DNA of 64,000 bases from Eledone cirrhosa (Eukaryota), in contig OZ024744.1 in assembly GCA_964016885.1 (NCBI GenBank), positions 95,046,001 through 95,110,000 of the forward strand, read 5' to 3'. Below, one piece after another: positions 1 to 15,375 of the stretch. Below the pieces are notes generated by a model, which searched no databases, was not told the origin of the DNA, and saw only the letters and a list, made by a program, of their open reading frames with translations. Position 1 is the first letter of the stretch. Every line of letters starts with the position of its first letter. Both the position numbers and the translations under genes were made by a program.

Positions 1-291
1 AGTGGCTCTTTCTGCCAGGAATTATGACCGGTAGATAATATCAGCAATGAAAAGATCAGTGGAAACACAGTTTCTTTTGTCTGATATGATGAGTTCCACC
101 CCACTTGGTAAGCGAGTGAGGTCTGGCATCTTGTCAATCGATCAAAATAAAATAAAAAATGGAAAATGGCTAGAATATCTCTTCCACTGTGGAGTGAAAC
201 TGTGTTGGAAAAGACCTGTGCAACCCATGCAAGTACTGTGGGAAACGACACGTTGCTGAATGTTGCTGAAAAGAGGGTTATATATATATAT

Positions 292-645
292 TCCCATCCA
301 AACCCATGCAAGTGTGGAACATGGACTTTAAACGATGATGATGATGATGATATATATATATATATCCAGGCCGAAACAAATGAGGTCGTGTAGGTGTCAC
401 AACAAAAAAACACACAGTCCACGCTGTAATGTGGCCGTATAGGTAACACGGTAAAAACCTCCCAGCCCCACACTGTAAATGTGGTTGGTGTTAGGAAGGG
501 CATCCAGCCATAGAAAACACGCCAGATAGTCCTATGCGAGCAATGACAACCACTCTTGCCTCAAGTGGGAAAACTCCCGTCCAAACCCATGCAAGCGTGG
601 AACATGGACGTTAAACGATGATGATGATGATGATGATGTTGATGA
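292..645 (+). mobile_element. Two RTE-LINE 3'-tail fragments
   Basis: ccaaacccatgcaagcgtggaacatggacgttaaac(gat)n tail, the same as the end of the RTE copy at 7300-7510. Confidence 0.75.
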
Positions 646-909
646 TATATACGTATATACATATATATATTTCCAAGGGGTCCGGGTAAATTTTTCGATC
701 ATATATTATTATTTGTTTGACCCGAATAGCTTGCTCGCTTCTATGGCTTTGCGGTTAATGGTTTAACCATCGTCTCAGTGCGTTTGGCCTTTTTAACATA
801 AGTTTATTGCTCTAGTTCACTCGTATCTATCGAGCGCTTGCCACACAATTTGGAAGTTGTTTTTCGCTAATTTCCAATAGCCGAAATGCGATACTCACTA
901 ATTTATATT

Positions 910-967
<58 letters not shown>

Positions 968-1144
968 CAGAAATATCCGAGACCCCCAGTAGACAACTGA
1001 TGAGGAAAACTATGTTGGAAAATTATATTTAAAATAAGAATCTTTTCATGGATGGTTTTGTTTCATAAGACCAAGGCCGGTTTTAGCCAGGTTTGTAACA
1101 AAAGAGTCAATGAAAGAATAAATAACAAGAAATGGCAAACCTAC

Positions 1145-1242
1145 CGAATATCTTCCAGAAGTTCCACCTCTTGTTGGTGCTTTGCCTGCAATTTCTGCAG
1201 TTGTTCAGTATGAATAACTTTTAAAGCAGAGGCATGCTTCAC
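1145..1242 (-). CDS. FCHSD2: Internal coding exon (probably exon 2) of an FCHSD2 / nervous wreck-like F-BAR and double SH3 protein
   Basis: Minus strand reads tttctttattttgcag|GTGAAGCAT...GAAGATATTCG|gtaggt. It is 98 nt, phase 0 to phase 2, and translates to VKHASALKVIHTEQLQKLQAKHQQEVELLEDI(R). This closely matches the FCHSD2 N-terminus as I recall it (VKVTQELKNIQVEQMTKLQAKHQAECDLLEDMR). It is not in the ORF track. Confidence 0.9.
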
Positions 1243-1363
1243 CTGCAAAATAAAGAAATATAAAAAATAATTTTAAAAATCAGATTTATTTGGTTACACC
1301 TATCTTCATTCTGTGAACTTGGTCACAGTTTTTCTGGGAGTAACTGCAGTTGAATATTAGCAG

Positions 1364-1454
<91 letters not shown>

Positions 1455-1705
1455 TTGTTATATTTTGGGAGGGTCATGTTGCCAATAAAAACACATGCAC
1501 CTGTTGGTTTTCACTTCAATTTATTATAAGTTTCCGGTTGGTTGGTTTGATAACTGGAACCAACTGGAAACATAATAAATTGAAGTGAAATTCAACAGGT
1601 GCATGTGTTTTTATTGACAACATGACTCTCCCAAAGTATAACAAAATCTGTTTCAACACACGTTTACAGATAAGAAATCTCGCAAAACAAATTCAAAAAC
1701 GAATT
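1455..1705 (+). mobile_element. Microsatellite-embedded fold-back element with degenerate hammerhead-like apex
   Basis: Imperfect palindrome at 1455-1643 (arms about 85 bp). The apex reads tgataactgg..ccaactgGAAAC followed by AATAAA. It is flanked by (TA)n/(GA)n and (TA)n. Confidence 0.6.
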
Positions 1706-1718
1706 ATATATATATATA

Positions 1719-1797
1719 CAGGGTCGTGTCCTCCCAAAATGTATACACACTTTGATTAGAATGCTGAAGTATGTATACATTTTGGGGGGACACCCTA
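1719..1797. mobile_element. Tc1/mariner-type MITE
   Basis: Terminal inverted repeats cagggt..gtcctcccaaaatgtatac / gtatacattttggggggacaccct, with TA flanks. Confidence 0.65.
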
Positions 1798-2082
1798 TAA
1801 ACACATAGGCACACACACACAAAACTCACACACACACACACAAAACCCACACACACATATATTTAATTTCAAAGTGAATAGACCAGAACATTTTTCTTTG
1901 AGAGTTCCTTATACTCTGAAGAAGGGAATTTTTAAGTCCCAAAATATTAGGATAAAAGAAACAACAACAAAAACCTCCCCAAAGATTACCAGGTAACTAA
2001 CTTTTTCTTTGCCTTCATCTTACTGTCCATTTTGTATTGTTTAACCTCTCTTACATATGTCACTTTCCACATTATATATTAT

Positions 2083-3094
2083 ACTAGCAGAATGGCCCAG
2101 CATTGCTCGGGCTTCTAAACATAGATTGGCATGTTTATCCCTCCTTTCTGAAACAGTACAGAGAAGTACGGAATACCTCGGCCTGGGGATGGTGTCTACA
2201 TTTTGTGCTTCTAAAAAAAATTTGTCGTAGATTACCAGGGGTTTAACTTAATTGGGTGCCTGAGAGTAAAATGTTCAACCCACGAAAGCCAAGACGATAG
2301 GGTTAAGTAAAAAGGCATTGGACAAACCGAACATGTATTTGTTGTGCTATGGTACAATGAAAGCAATAGTTACAGAGCAGTAAGCATGTGGGACTGCAGT
2401 GGTGGAGAGTGGTGTGGTCTTACTGTTGTGCTATGGTACAATGAAAGCAATAGTTACAGAGCAGTAAGCATGTGGGACTGCAGTGGTGGAGAGTGGTGTG
2501 GTCTTACTCCTTTCAATGTTTCGTTGTATGTTCACCAATTGATGCAGAAGTCCTAATAAAAAGTGAAGTCACCTTCGGTGAATAGGAAATAATTTTCCAT
2601 TGCGATTTTTCAAAAGCATGAAATTGCATTCCCTCTCTTTTTTGTTGTTGTATTTGCTGCTGTTTATATTTTGTTTTTGCGTATGCAAAAATATCTGTAC
2701 ACAAATATATAAATATATATATATATATATATTTATTAAAAGAACAGATTAAAGTTTAAGCAAAGAATCACTGCTTTCACCCTTAACGGGATCTTCAAAA
2801 AACGTTACACACTATATATATATACACACACTATATATATACATATATACACACACGCGCACAGATAGCGTCATAATGTCGTAATGCAGACAGCTAGACA
2901 TACAGACAGATATTATAAGGGCGCGACGTTCGGCGCCTAATGCGGTCCCTAGGGCATTGAAAATTTGAAATATTTTTTGCTCAAAACACTCACACGACTA
3001 TAAGTATTACATGTGTAAAGTTTGGAAAAATCGGTTGGGTGGTTCTCAAGTTTTAGGGAGTTAGACAGACATTCTCTGTTTTTGATATATAGAT
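2083..3094 (+). mobile_element. Non-autonomous Helitron/Helentron-like element
   Basis: 5' end ACTAGCAGAATGGCCCAGCATTGCTCGGG (short hairpin), an internal 84-bp tandem duplication (2341-2507), and 3' end ...aaaatcggttgggtggttctcaag...gacagaca...tatatagat. This layout is typical of the class. Confidence 0.6.
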
Positions 3095-4070
3095 ATCATT
3101 ATAAAATAGTGAATGATATATTTATACACATAAATTGTCTCTTGTTAAAGTTTGATATATTTTATTATACATTTATATCATTGGATATATCCTTCACTAT
3201 TTTATAATGATTAAATGTTCCGATTTATTCTTTGAATTCTTTCTATGAGCTGATTTTGGGAGACAGGACACATGTTCGAGATTATCTCAATCATGACATC
3301 CATAACTTTGAATATATATAACATATATATATATAAAATAAGGAAATACAAAGTTTAGATGATAAAGTCCTTTATAGATAAGGCCATAACACATATTTCA
3401 AGGACGACATTAGTTACACAATTCGGCATAGAAGCCACTGCCATGCATCTTACATAATAAAGTTTCAATCAAGGAGGTAATCCCAAATTGAAGTGACAAG
3501 GGAACGGACAAACAGTGATACTCGTTAATCGAATGCCCGTTCCCCTGTATATGTAAATATACATACACACAAATCAAAGGTTAAAAAGTAAAAATGAAAA
3601 GGCACAGGAATATATTTAAAGATTATTTTTTTCTTTAATCCTTACAGAATGGATAATTTTATATCTGTTGCATTAAATATAACCAGTTTCGATTGGTATA
3701 TCAATCTTATCAAATATCAAAAATTAAAAGAAAATTCTTTTCCTGTATTCTGTGAGCAATTCGAAAATAAGTGAATTCTGTGAAAATTTCTGCTGATATA
3801 TATCTTCTTTATGAAGGTGTGGTGGTGAAGGTGGGGTTCTACAGGTCAGAACTCAGTTGAATTCACTTAATTGGAAATGCTTTTGCAGTCTTGTCCGCAG
3901 CGCGCAGCCCCAACACCTCTGCAGCCTAGGCCTAGAGACCATCACCCTCTCTCTTCTCCTTCCCATTCTTCTGTGACCCTTAAAGCCTTTGCCCTTCCCT
4001 TCATTTACCATTTTTTAATATCTGTAGTGTTGTTGTTTGAAATAAATTTGTTTATATTCATTATTAAATA

Positions 4071-4277
4071 GGGTGGTGGTTTGGCAGTATCGGTAGAGGG
4101 TCAGACTCCATGCTTTATGATCTGAGTTCAAATCCGGCTGAGATTAACTTTACCTTTCATCCTTATGGTGTCGATAAAATAAAGTACCAGTTATGCACTG
4201 GGGTTGATTTAATCGATTTTCCCCTCCCCCCAAATTGCAGGCCTTGTGCTTATATAAGAAACCATTATTATCATTAT
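4071..4277 (+). mobile_element. tRNA-derived SINE family 1 (Meta-domain-like core)
   Basis: A box TGGCAGTATCGGTAG, B box GAGTTCAAATCC, core ctttcatcct..gtcgataaaataaagtaccag and (ATT)n tail. Other copies: about 4880-5045, 19062-19240, 21245-21480, 22395-22540, 25040-25330(-), 42848-42948(-), 47372-47570(-), 63692-63782(-). Confidence 0.85.
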
Positions 4278-4529
4278 TTGAAACTTCCTTTGAATTCTGC
4301 TTCTGTCTCATATCATGCTGAATGTCAACCTGACACCTGAGGCAATATTTGATAATTCACACATTTTACAATCAATTGTCATAAGGACATAAATATCAGT
4401 AAATGTCTTTGAAGGTTTTTAAATTGATAATGTCCTTCTCATGTCATGGACAGTGTCAGTCAGCACTATTTTCTGTATCTCTTACAGAGATGTCTTAACA
4501 GGTATCCAGTACAAATATGTTTGTTTTAA

Positions 4530-4750
4530 CCCTTTAACGTTCAAACCGGTCAAAACTGGCCAGAATTCTCTACCTTTTTCTGTTTTAAACTGGCTGTAAC
4601 TGGTCACTCAAACTGATATTAAGGTATTGTTCTCAAAATAAATACTTTCAAAATCTCATAGATTCGATATTATGTGAGATAATTATGTAAGGTAAAGTCT
4701 TTACCATGAACATATAATAGTATATATAGAGTAATGTGAATGCTAAAGGG
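4530..4750. mobile_element. piggyBac-type MITE
   Basis: TTAA|CCCTTTA...TAAAGGG|TTAA. The same family is at 19915-20140, 29455-29648, 42527-42753 and 63514-63994. Confidence 0.8.
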
Positions 4751-5464
4751 TTAAATGTTTATTTTCTTAGTCTCTTTTATAAATTTTATTTTACACAAAG
4801 AAAACCCACACTGTATCATTCTGTATTGTCTTTAATGTTTCCTTAATGTAAGCCTTGTGTGGCTAATAAAGAAATTATTGGTGGATTGGCAGTATCGGTA
4901 GAGCGTCGGACACGATGCTTTTCGGCGTAGAGTTGCGGCCCTTTACGTTCTGAGTTCAAATCCAGCCGAGGTTAGCTTTGCCTATCATCCTATGGGGTTG
5001 CTAAAATAAAGCACCAATAATGCACTTGGGTCGATTTAATCATCTTCTCAGAATGGAAAGGGTAGTAACTCTATGCCACAAAGCAGGGTGTCCGACGCTC
5101 AACCGATAATAATAACAATAATAAGTAAACAAAATAATAATACTAAAACTCAATAAAAATATAGGTGAAGATAAAAGATATATAAAGAAACACTTTATAT
5201 ATTACTAATAAGTTATTAGTGAAGTGTAAGTTAGTAATTTTATTAGTAATAACATTACTAACTTATATTTCACTTGTTAAACATATGATTCAGATACAAT
5301 AAAATATTTTGGTCCTTTTTTTTTTCTACTAGGGTTTTTTTCAACACGCTGACACATATGTGTGTGTGCGTGTGTGTATGTGTGTGTGTGTGTGTATGTA
5401 TGTATGTACATATGCATACATTTATATGTATGAGTATATAAATATAAACATGTAAACACAGACA

Positions 5465-5795
5465 CACTTACGAAAATACACATTCACAGACATACATTCG
5501 CACAAATACACATAGATACATTCACACAAACACATACATACATTCACACAAACACACATACACATAAATTTACACAAATACACATACATTCACACAACCA
5601 CATACATACATTCACACAAACACACATACACATAAATTCACACAAATATACATACATTCACACAAAACCACATACATATATTCACACAAACACACATACA
5701 CATAAATTTACACAAATACATACATACATTCACACAAACACACATACACATACATTCACACAAAAACACATACATACATTCATACAAAAACACAC
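5465..5795. repeat. CA-rich minisatellite (about 20-24 bp units)
   Basis: Repeated cacatacattcacacaaa variants. Confidence 0.8.
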
Positions 5796-6103
5796 TCCCA
5801 GTTTGTCGCCAACCATTGTTACCAGCTAACATGTTTGTTATTCGAGACACCACTTGTCACCCCGAGATGTTTTATGTTCAGAAAAATTGTTCGTGAACCA
5901 ACGTTCCACACGCTGCGCACGCACAGACACACAAATACACACACACACACATATACATGAAGAAGTGTCATATGAGCACGTAATATTATGAAAATAGAGA
6001 AATATTTTATATTTATATTTCAGGATTTTATCAAAGCAGAGGCTACACAGATACACATATATACATATTGTGTGTATGTGTGTGTCTGTGTGTGTCTGTG
6101 TGT

Positions 6104-6203
<100 letters not shown>

Positions 6204-6644
6204 GTGAGTGTATGTGTATATGTGTGTGTGTGTATATGTGTGTATGTGTATATATATACTGCTTTGTGTGTATATTTTGATTTCAACTTTTCATCCAAAC
6301 TTAAGTCAATTGCTGCTTTTTTTCTAAACAATGTTTGTAACTTTGATTATGGTTGCATTTAAATACAATGAAAAAAAAAATTTTTTGTTAAGAGCGTGAG
6401 AAATTGAAATTTCAAAGAGTGTTTTTAGTCTGAAGGAAAGTACCACAATAAATGAATTATAAGTACAAGATACTTGAGAAAAAATCAGGAGATATAAACC
6501 TATTGAAGCTGATATCCATATTTTCCAACTCAAGGGGTTATTTAAAACTACTTTAAAGTGAAGATTTATCGGTTGTGGCACTTTGATTTCTAACAAAAAC
6601 ACTATTTGAAATAGAAGGCAAACAAACCAAAGGACAATAAGCAA

Positions 6645-7510
6645 TAGAAGTCCCAGTCACTGCCAGTAGAGTTTAGTAGGTATAGAAGAGGGTGCTCTGA
6701 AAGTACAGTAGCTAGAGTGAGAACGGGATGGATAAAGTTCAGAGAGCTTATACCACTATTGGCCGCTAAAGGTTTATCCCTAAAAATGAAAGGCAGACTG
6801 TATGATGCCTGCATACGAACGAACAGCAATGTTGCATGCTCCGTTGGATGTGTAATAGTAATATACGTGAACGGCAAAGCATAAAGTGAGAAATTAGGAA
6901 TAAGAGGGACCAGATGTTGTTTACTCGAGAGAAGACTACGTTGGTATGGTCACGTGATGCGCATGAAAGACGACAGCTGTATGAAAAAATGCAGGGCGAT
7001 CAAAATAGATGGAAGCTACGGAGTAGGTAGACCCAGAAAAACCTGGGACGATTTGATAAATTCCGACTTTACACACTTACACCTCTCCAAGATAATGTCA
7101 CTTGACTGAGGTCTTTGGCGCTACGCAGTAATACAGAAGAGCCTCCTTGCCTAAGTACAAAGCGAAACCTACAGTCAGTAGGAACCTCTTAACCAAAAAT
7201 ACACACCCATCCCACTACCACTACCCCCACCCCAGCCCCCATCCAGACCACTCCTTTCAATGTAAAGTTATGTTGGTGCCACAACATCCAGTCCTAAATA
7301 AATGAGGTCATGTAGGTGTCACGACAAAAAGAAAACACACAGTCCACGCTGTAATGTGGCCGTGTTAGGAAGGGCATCCAGCCGCAGAAAACCCGCCAAA
7401 CAGTCCTACACGAGCAAGACAACCAATCTTGCCTCACGTGGGACAATTCCCGTCTAAACCCATGCTAGCATGAAAGATGGACGTTAAACGATGATGATGA
7501 TGATGATGAT
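6645..7510 (+). mobile_element. RTE-clade LINE, 5'-truncated 3' fragment
   Basis: Encodes degenerate ..GLSLKMKGRLYDAC..RRLRWYGHVMRM..GRPRKTW and ends in (GAT)n. It matches the reverse complement of about 36000-36790. Confidence 0.9.
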
Positions 7511-7602
7511 AAGTCCTATAACCATAGATATTATGGTAAAGTTAATTTATCTCTATAATAAATGGTTTAACTAGTGTTTTTAAACCACTATTCCTAAATA
7601 AT

Positions 7603-10600
7603 TTACAGTATATATAGTATATAGTGGACATTAGTATTACAGTATATATAGTGTATAGTGGACATTAGTATTACAGTATATATAGTATATAGTGGACATT
7701 AGTATTACAGTATATATAGTGTATAGTAGACATTAGTATTATAGTATATATAGTATATAGTGGACATTAGTATTACAGTATATATAGTATATAGTGGACA
7801 TTAGTATTACAGTATATATAGTGTATAGTGGACATTAGTATTATAGTATATATAGTATATAGTGGACATTAGTATTATAGTATATATAGTATATAGTGGA
7901 CATTAGTATTACAGTATATATAGTGTATAGTGGACATTAGTATTATAGTATATATAGTATATAGTGGACATTAGTATTACAGTATATATAGTATATATAG
8001 TGGACATTAGTATTACAGTATATATAGTATATAGTGGACATTAGTATTACAGTATATATAGTATATAGTGGACATTAGTATTACAGTATATATAGTATAT
8101 AGTGGACATTAGTATTACAGTATATATAGTATATATACTGGACATTAGTATTACAGTATATATAGTATATAGTGGACATTAGTATTACAGTATATATAGT
8201 GTATATAGTGGACATTAGTATTACAGTATATATAGTATATAGTGGACATTAGTATTACAGTATATATAGTATATATACTGGACATTAGTATTACAGTATA
8301 TATAGTATATAGTGGACATTAGTATTACAGTATATATAGTATATATAGTGGACATTAGTATTACAGTATATATAGTATATAGTGGACATTAGTATTACAG
8401 TATATATAGTATATAGTGGACATTAGTATTACAGTATATATAGTATATATAGTGGACATTAGTATTACAGTATATATAGTATATAGTGGACATTAGTATT
8501 ACAGTATATATAGTATATATAGTGGACATTAGTATTACAGTATATATAGTATATATAGTGGACATTAGTATTACAGTATATATAGTATATAGTGGACATT
8601 AGTATTATAGTATATATAGTATATAGTGGACATTAGTATTACAGTATATACAGTATATATAGTGGACATTAGTATTACAGTATATATAGTATATAGTGGA
8701 CATTAGTATTACAGTATATATAGTATATAGTGGACATTAGTATTACAGTATATATAGTATATAGTGGACATTAGTATTACAGTATATATAGTGTATAGTG
8801 GACATTAGTATTACAGTATATATAGTATATAGTGGACATTAGTATTACAGTATATATAGTGTATAGTGGACATTAGTATTACAGTATATATAGTATATAG
8901 TGGACATTAGTATTACAGTATATATAGTGTATATAGTGGACATTAGTATTACAGTATATATAGTATATAGTGGACATTAGTATTACAGTATATATAGTAT
9001 ATAGTGGACATTAGTATTACAGTATATATAGTGTATATAGTGGACATTAGTATTACAGTATATATAGTATATAGTGGACATTAGTATTACAGTATATATA
9101 GTATATAGTGGACATTAGTATTACAGTATATATAGTATATAGTGGACATTAGTATTACAGTATATATAGTGTATAGTGGACATTAGTATTACAGTATATA
9201 TAGTATATAGTGGACATTAGTATTACAGTATATATAGTGTATATAGTGGACATTAGTATTACAGTATATATAGTATATAGTGGACATTAGTATTACAGTA
9301 TATATAGTATATAGTGGACATTAGTATTACAGTATATATAGTGTATAGTGGACATTAGTATTACAGTATATATAGTATATAGTGGACATTAGTATTACAG
9401 TATATATAGTGTATATAGTGGACATTAGTATTACAGTATATATAGTATATAGTGGACATTAGTATTACAGTATATATAGTATATAGTGGACATTAGTATT
9501 ACAGTATATATAGTGTATATAGTGGACATTAGTATTACAGTATATATAGTATATAGTGGACATTAGTATTACAGTATATATAGTATATAGTGGACATTAG
9601 TATTACAGTATATATAGTATATATAGTGGACATTAGTATTACAGTATATATAGTATATAGTGGACATTAGTATTACAGTATATATAGTATATATAGTGGA
9701 CATTAGTATTACAGTATATATAGTATATATAGTGGACATTAGTATTACAGTATATATAGTATATAGTGGACATTAGTATTATAGTATATATAGTATATAG
9801 TGGACATTAGTATTACAGTATATACAGTATATATAGTGGACATTAGTATTACAGTATATATAGTATATAGTGGACATTAGTATTACAGTATATATAGTAT
9901 ATAGTGGACATTAGTATTACAGTATATATAGTATATAGTGGACATTAGTATTACAGTATATATAGTGTATAGTGGACATTAGTATTACAGTATATATAGT
10001 ATATAGTGGACATTAGTATTACAGTATATATAGTGTATAGTGGACATTAGTATTACAGTATATATAGTATATAGTGGACATTAGTATTACAGTATATATA
10101 GTGTATATAGTGGACATTAGTATTACAGTATATATAGTATATAGTGGACATTAGTATTACAGTATATATAGTATATAGTGGACATTAGTATTACAGTATA
10201 TATAGTGTATATAGTGGACATTAGTATTACAGTATATATAGTATATAGTGGACATTAGTATTACAGTATATATAGTATATAGTGGACATTAGTATTACAG
10301 TATATATAGTATATAGTGGACATTAGTATTACAGTATATATAGTGTATAGTGGACATTAGTATTACAGTATATATAGTATATAGTGGACATTAGTATTAC
10401 AGTATATATAGTGTATATAGTGGACATTAGTATTACAGTATATATAGTATATAGTGGACATTAGTATTACAGTATATATAGTATATAGTGGACATTAGTA
10501 TTACAGTATATATAGTGTATAGTGGACATTAGTATTACAGTATATATAGTATATAGTGGACATTAGTATTACAGTATATAGAGTGTATATAGTGGACATT

Positions 10601-13600
10601 AGTATTACAGTATATATAGTATATAGTGGACATTAGTATTACAGTATATATAGTATATAGTGGACATTAGTATTACAGTATATATAGAGTATATAGTGGA
10701 CATTAGTATTACAGTATATATAGTATATAGTGGACATTAGTATTACAGTATATATAGTATATAGTGGACATTAGTATTACAGTATATATAGTATATAGTG
10801 GACATTAGTATTACAGTATATATAGAATATAGTGGACATTAGTATTATAGTATATATAGTGGACATTAGTATTACAGTATATATAGTGTATAGTGGACAT
10901 TAGTATTATAGTATATATAGTATATAGTGGACATTAGTATTACAGTATATATAGTGTATAGTAGACATTAGTATTACAGTATATATAGTATATAGTGGAC
11001 ATTAGTATTACAGTATATATAGTGTATAGTAGACATTAGTATTACAGTATATATAGTATATAGTGGACATTAGTATTACAGTATATATAGTATATAGTGG
11101 ACATTAGTATTACAGTATATATAGTATATAGTGGACATTAGTATTACAGTATATATAGAATATAGTGGACATTAGTATTACAGCATATATAGAATATAGT
11201 GGACATTAGTATTATAGTATATATAGTGGACATTAGTATTACAGTATATATAGTGTATAGTGGACATTAGTATTATAGTATATATAGTATATAGTAGACA
11301 TTAGTATTACAGTATATATAGTGTATAGTGGACATTAGTATTACAGTATATATAGTATATAGTGGACATTAGTATTACAGTATATATAGTATATAGTAGA
11401 CATTAGTATTACAGTATATATAGTATATAGTAGACATTAGTATTACAGTATATATAGTATATAGTAGACATTAGTATTACAGTATATATAGTATATAGTG
11501 GACATTAGTATTACAGTATATATAGTATATAGTGGACATTAGTATTACAGTATATATAGTATATAGTGGACATTAGTATTACAGTATATATAGTATATAG
11601 TAGACATTAGTATTACAGTATATATAGTATATAGTAGACATTAGTATTACAGTAGATATAGTATATAGTGGACATTAGTATTATAGTATACATAGTAGAC
11701 ATTAGTATTACAGTATATATAGTGTATAGTGGACATTAGTATTACAGTATATATAGTATATAGTGGACATTAGTATTACAGTATATATAGTGGACATTAG
11801 TATTACAGTATATATAGTATATAGTGGACATTAGTATTATAGTATATATAGTAGACATTAGTATTACAGTATATATAGTATATAGTGGACATTAGTATTA
11901 CAGTATATATAGTATATAGTGGACATTAGTATTACAGTATATATAGTATATAGTGGACATTAGTATTACAGTATATATAGTATATAGTGGACATTAGTAT
12001 TACAGTATATATAGTATATAGTGGACATTAGTATTACAGTATATATAGTATATAGTAGACATTAGTATTACAGTATATATAGTGTATAGTGGACATTAGT
12101 ATTACAGTATATATAGTATATATAGTGGACATTAGTATTACAGTATATATAGTGGACATTAGTATTACAGTATATATAGTATATAGTGGACATTAGTATT
12201 ACAGTAGATATAGTATATAGTGGACATTAGTATTATAGTATATATAGTGTATAGTGGACATTAGTATTACAGTATATATAGTGTATAGTAGACATTAGTA
12301 TTACAGTATATATAGTATATAGTGGACATTAGTATTACAGTATATATAGTATATAGTGGACATTAGTATTACAGTATATATAGTATATAGTGGACATTAG
12401 TATTACAGTATATATAGTATATAGTGGACATTAGTATTACAGTATATATAGTATATAGTAGACATTAGTATTACAGTATATATAGTGTATAGTGGACATT
12501 AGTATTACAGTATATATAGTATATAGTGGACATTAGTATTACAGTATATATAGTATATAGTGGACATTAGTATTACAGTATATATAGTATATAGTGGACA
12601 TTAGTATTACAGTAGATATAGTATATAGTGGACATTAGTATTACAGTATATATATTATATAGTGGACATTAGTATTACAGTATATATAGTATATAGTGGA
12701 CATTAGTATTACAGTATATATAGTATATAGTGGACATTAGTATTACAGTATATATAGTATATAGTGGACATTAGTATTACAGTATATATAGTGGACATTA
12801 GTATTATAGTATATATAGTGTATAGTGGACATTAGTGTTACAGTATATAGTGGACATTAGTATTATAGTATATATAGTGGACATTAGTATTACAGTATAT
12901 ATAGTATATAGTAGACATTAGTATTACAGTATATATAGTGGACATTAGTATTATAGTATATATAGTGGACATTAGTATTACAGTATATATAGTATATAGT
13001 GGACATTAGTATTACAGTATATATAGTATATAGTAGACATTAGTATTACAGTATATATAGTGGACATTAGTATTATAGTATATATAGTGGACATTAGTAT
13101 TACAGTATATATAGTATATAGTGGACATTAGTATTACAGTATATATAGTATATATAGTAGACATTAGTATTACAGTAGATATAGTATATAGTGGACATTA
13201 GTATTATAGTATATATAGTAGACATTAGTATTACAGTATATATAGTATATATAGTGGACATTAGTATTACAGTAGATATAGTATATAGTGGACATTAGTA
13301 TTACAGTATATATAGTATATAGTAGACATTAGTATTACAGTATATATAGTATATAGTAGACATTAGTATTACAGTAGATATAGTATATAGTGGACATTAG
13401 TATTACAGTATATATAGTATATAGTAGACATTAGTATTACAGTATATATAGTATATAGTGGACATTAGTATTACAGTATATATAGTATATAGTGGACATT
13501 AGTATTACAGTATATATAGTATATAGTGGACATTAGTATTACAGTATATATAGTATATAGTGGACATTAGTATTACAGTATATATAGTATATATAGTGGA

Positions 13601-15375
13601 CATTAGTATTACAGTATATATAGTGGACATTAGTATTATAGTATATATAGTGTATAGTGGACATTAGTGTTACAGTATATATAGTGTATAGTGGACATTA
13701 GTATTACAGTATATATAGTGTATAGTAGACATTAGTATTACATTATATATAGTGGACATTAGTATAACAGTATATATAGTATATAGTGGACATTAGTATA
13801 ACAGTATATATAGTATATAGTGGACATTAGTATTACTGTATATATAGTATATAGTAGACATTAGTATTACAGTATATATAGTATATAGTAGACATTAGTA
13901 TTACATTATATATAGTGGACATTAGTATAACAGTATATATAGTATATAGTGGACATTAGTATAACAGTATATATAGTATATAGTGGACATTAGTATTACT
14001 GTATATATAGTATATAGTAGACATTAGTATTACAGTATATATAGTGGACATTAGTATTACAGTATATATAGTGGACATTAGTATTACAGTATATATAGTA
14101 TATAGTAGACATTAGTATTACAGTATATATAGTGGACATTAGTATTACAGTATATATAGTGGACATTAGTATTACAGTATATATAGTATATAGTGGACAT
14201 TAGTATTACTGTATATATAGTGTATAGTGGACATTAGTATTACAGTATATATAGTATATATAGTGGACATTAGTATTACAGTATATATAGTATATAGTAG
14301 ACATTAGTATTACAGTATATATAGTATATAGTAGACATTAGTATTACAGTATATATAGTGTATAGTGGACATTAGTATTACAGTATATATAGTATATACT
14401 GGACATTAGTATAACAGTATATATAGTATATAGTGGACATTAGTATTACAGTATATATAGTATATAGTAGACATTAGTATTACAGTATATATAGTATATA
14501 GTGGACATTAGTATTACAGTATATATAGTATATAGTGGACATTAGTATTACAGTATATATAGTATATAGTGGACATTAGTATTACAGTATATATAGTATA
14601 TAGTAGACATTAGTATTACATTATATATAGTGGACATTAGTATAACAGTATATATAGTATATAGTGGACATTAGTATAACAGTATATATAGTATATAGTG
14701 GACATTAGTATTACAGTATATATAGTATATAGTGGACATTAGTATTACATTATATATAGTATATAGTGGACATTAGTATTACAGTATATATAGTGTATAG
14801 TGGACATTAGTATTATAGTATATATAGTATATAGTGGACATTAGTATTACAGTATATATAGTATATAGTGGACATTAGTATAACAGTATATATAGTATAT
14901 AGTGGACATTAGTATTACAGTATATATAGTATATAGTGGACATTAGTATTACATTATATATAGTGGACATTAGTATTACAGTATATATAGTATATAGTGG
15001 ACATTAGTATAACAGTATATATAGTATATAGTGGACATTAGTATTACAGTATATATAGTATATAGTGGACATTAGTATAACAGTATATATAGTATATAGT
15101 GGACATTAGTATTACATTATATATAGTGGACATTAGTATTACAGTATATATAGTGTATAGTGGACATTAGTATTACAGTATATATAGTATATAGTGGACA
15201 TTAGTATATATAGTATATAGTGGACATTAGTATTACAGTATATATAGTATATAGTGGACATTATTATTACAGTATATATAGTATATAGTGGACATTAGTA
15301 TTACAGTATATATAGTATATAGTGGACATTAGTATTACAGTATATATAGTATATAGTGGACATTAGTATTACAGT
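7603..15375. repeat. 34-bp satellite array, about 7.8 kb
   Basis: Unit GTGGACATTAGTATTACAGTATATATAGTATATA, with 36-bp and 27-bp length variants; roughly 230 copies. Confidence 0.98.

Noticed and set aside
997-1010. CTGATGAGGAAAAC hammerhead-like word
   Set aside because: No stem II or stem I can be formed.
1915-1950. CTGAAGAAGGGA..TCCC-AAAA and a similar motif at 57958-57990
   Set aside because: Probably decayed family F-like cores, but catalytic bases are mutated, so they are not called as ribozymes.
4071-4160. tRNA gene-like A/B boxes
   Set aside because: These are SINE heads with no cloverleaf, and they are followed by the SINE core and tail.
7603-15375. CRISPR-like appearance of a regular short repeat
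   Set aside because: There are no unique spacers and no cas genes, and the context is eukaryotic. It is a plain tandem satellite.
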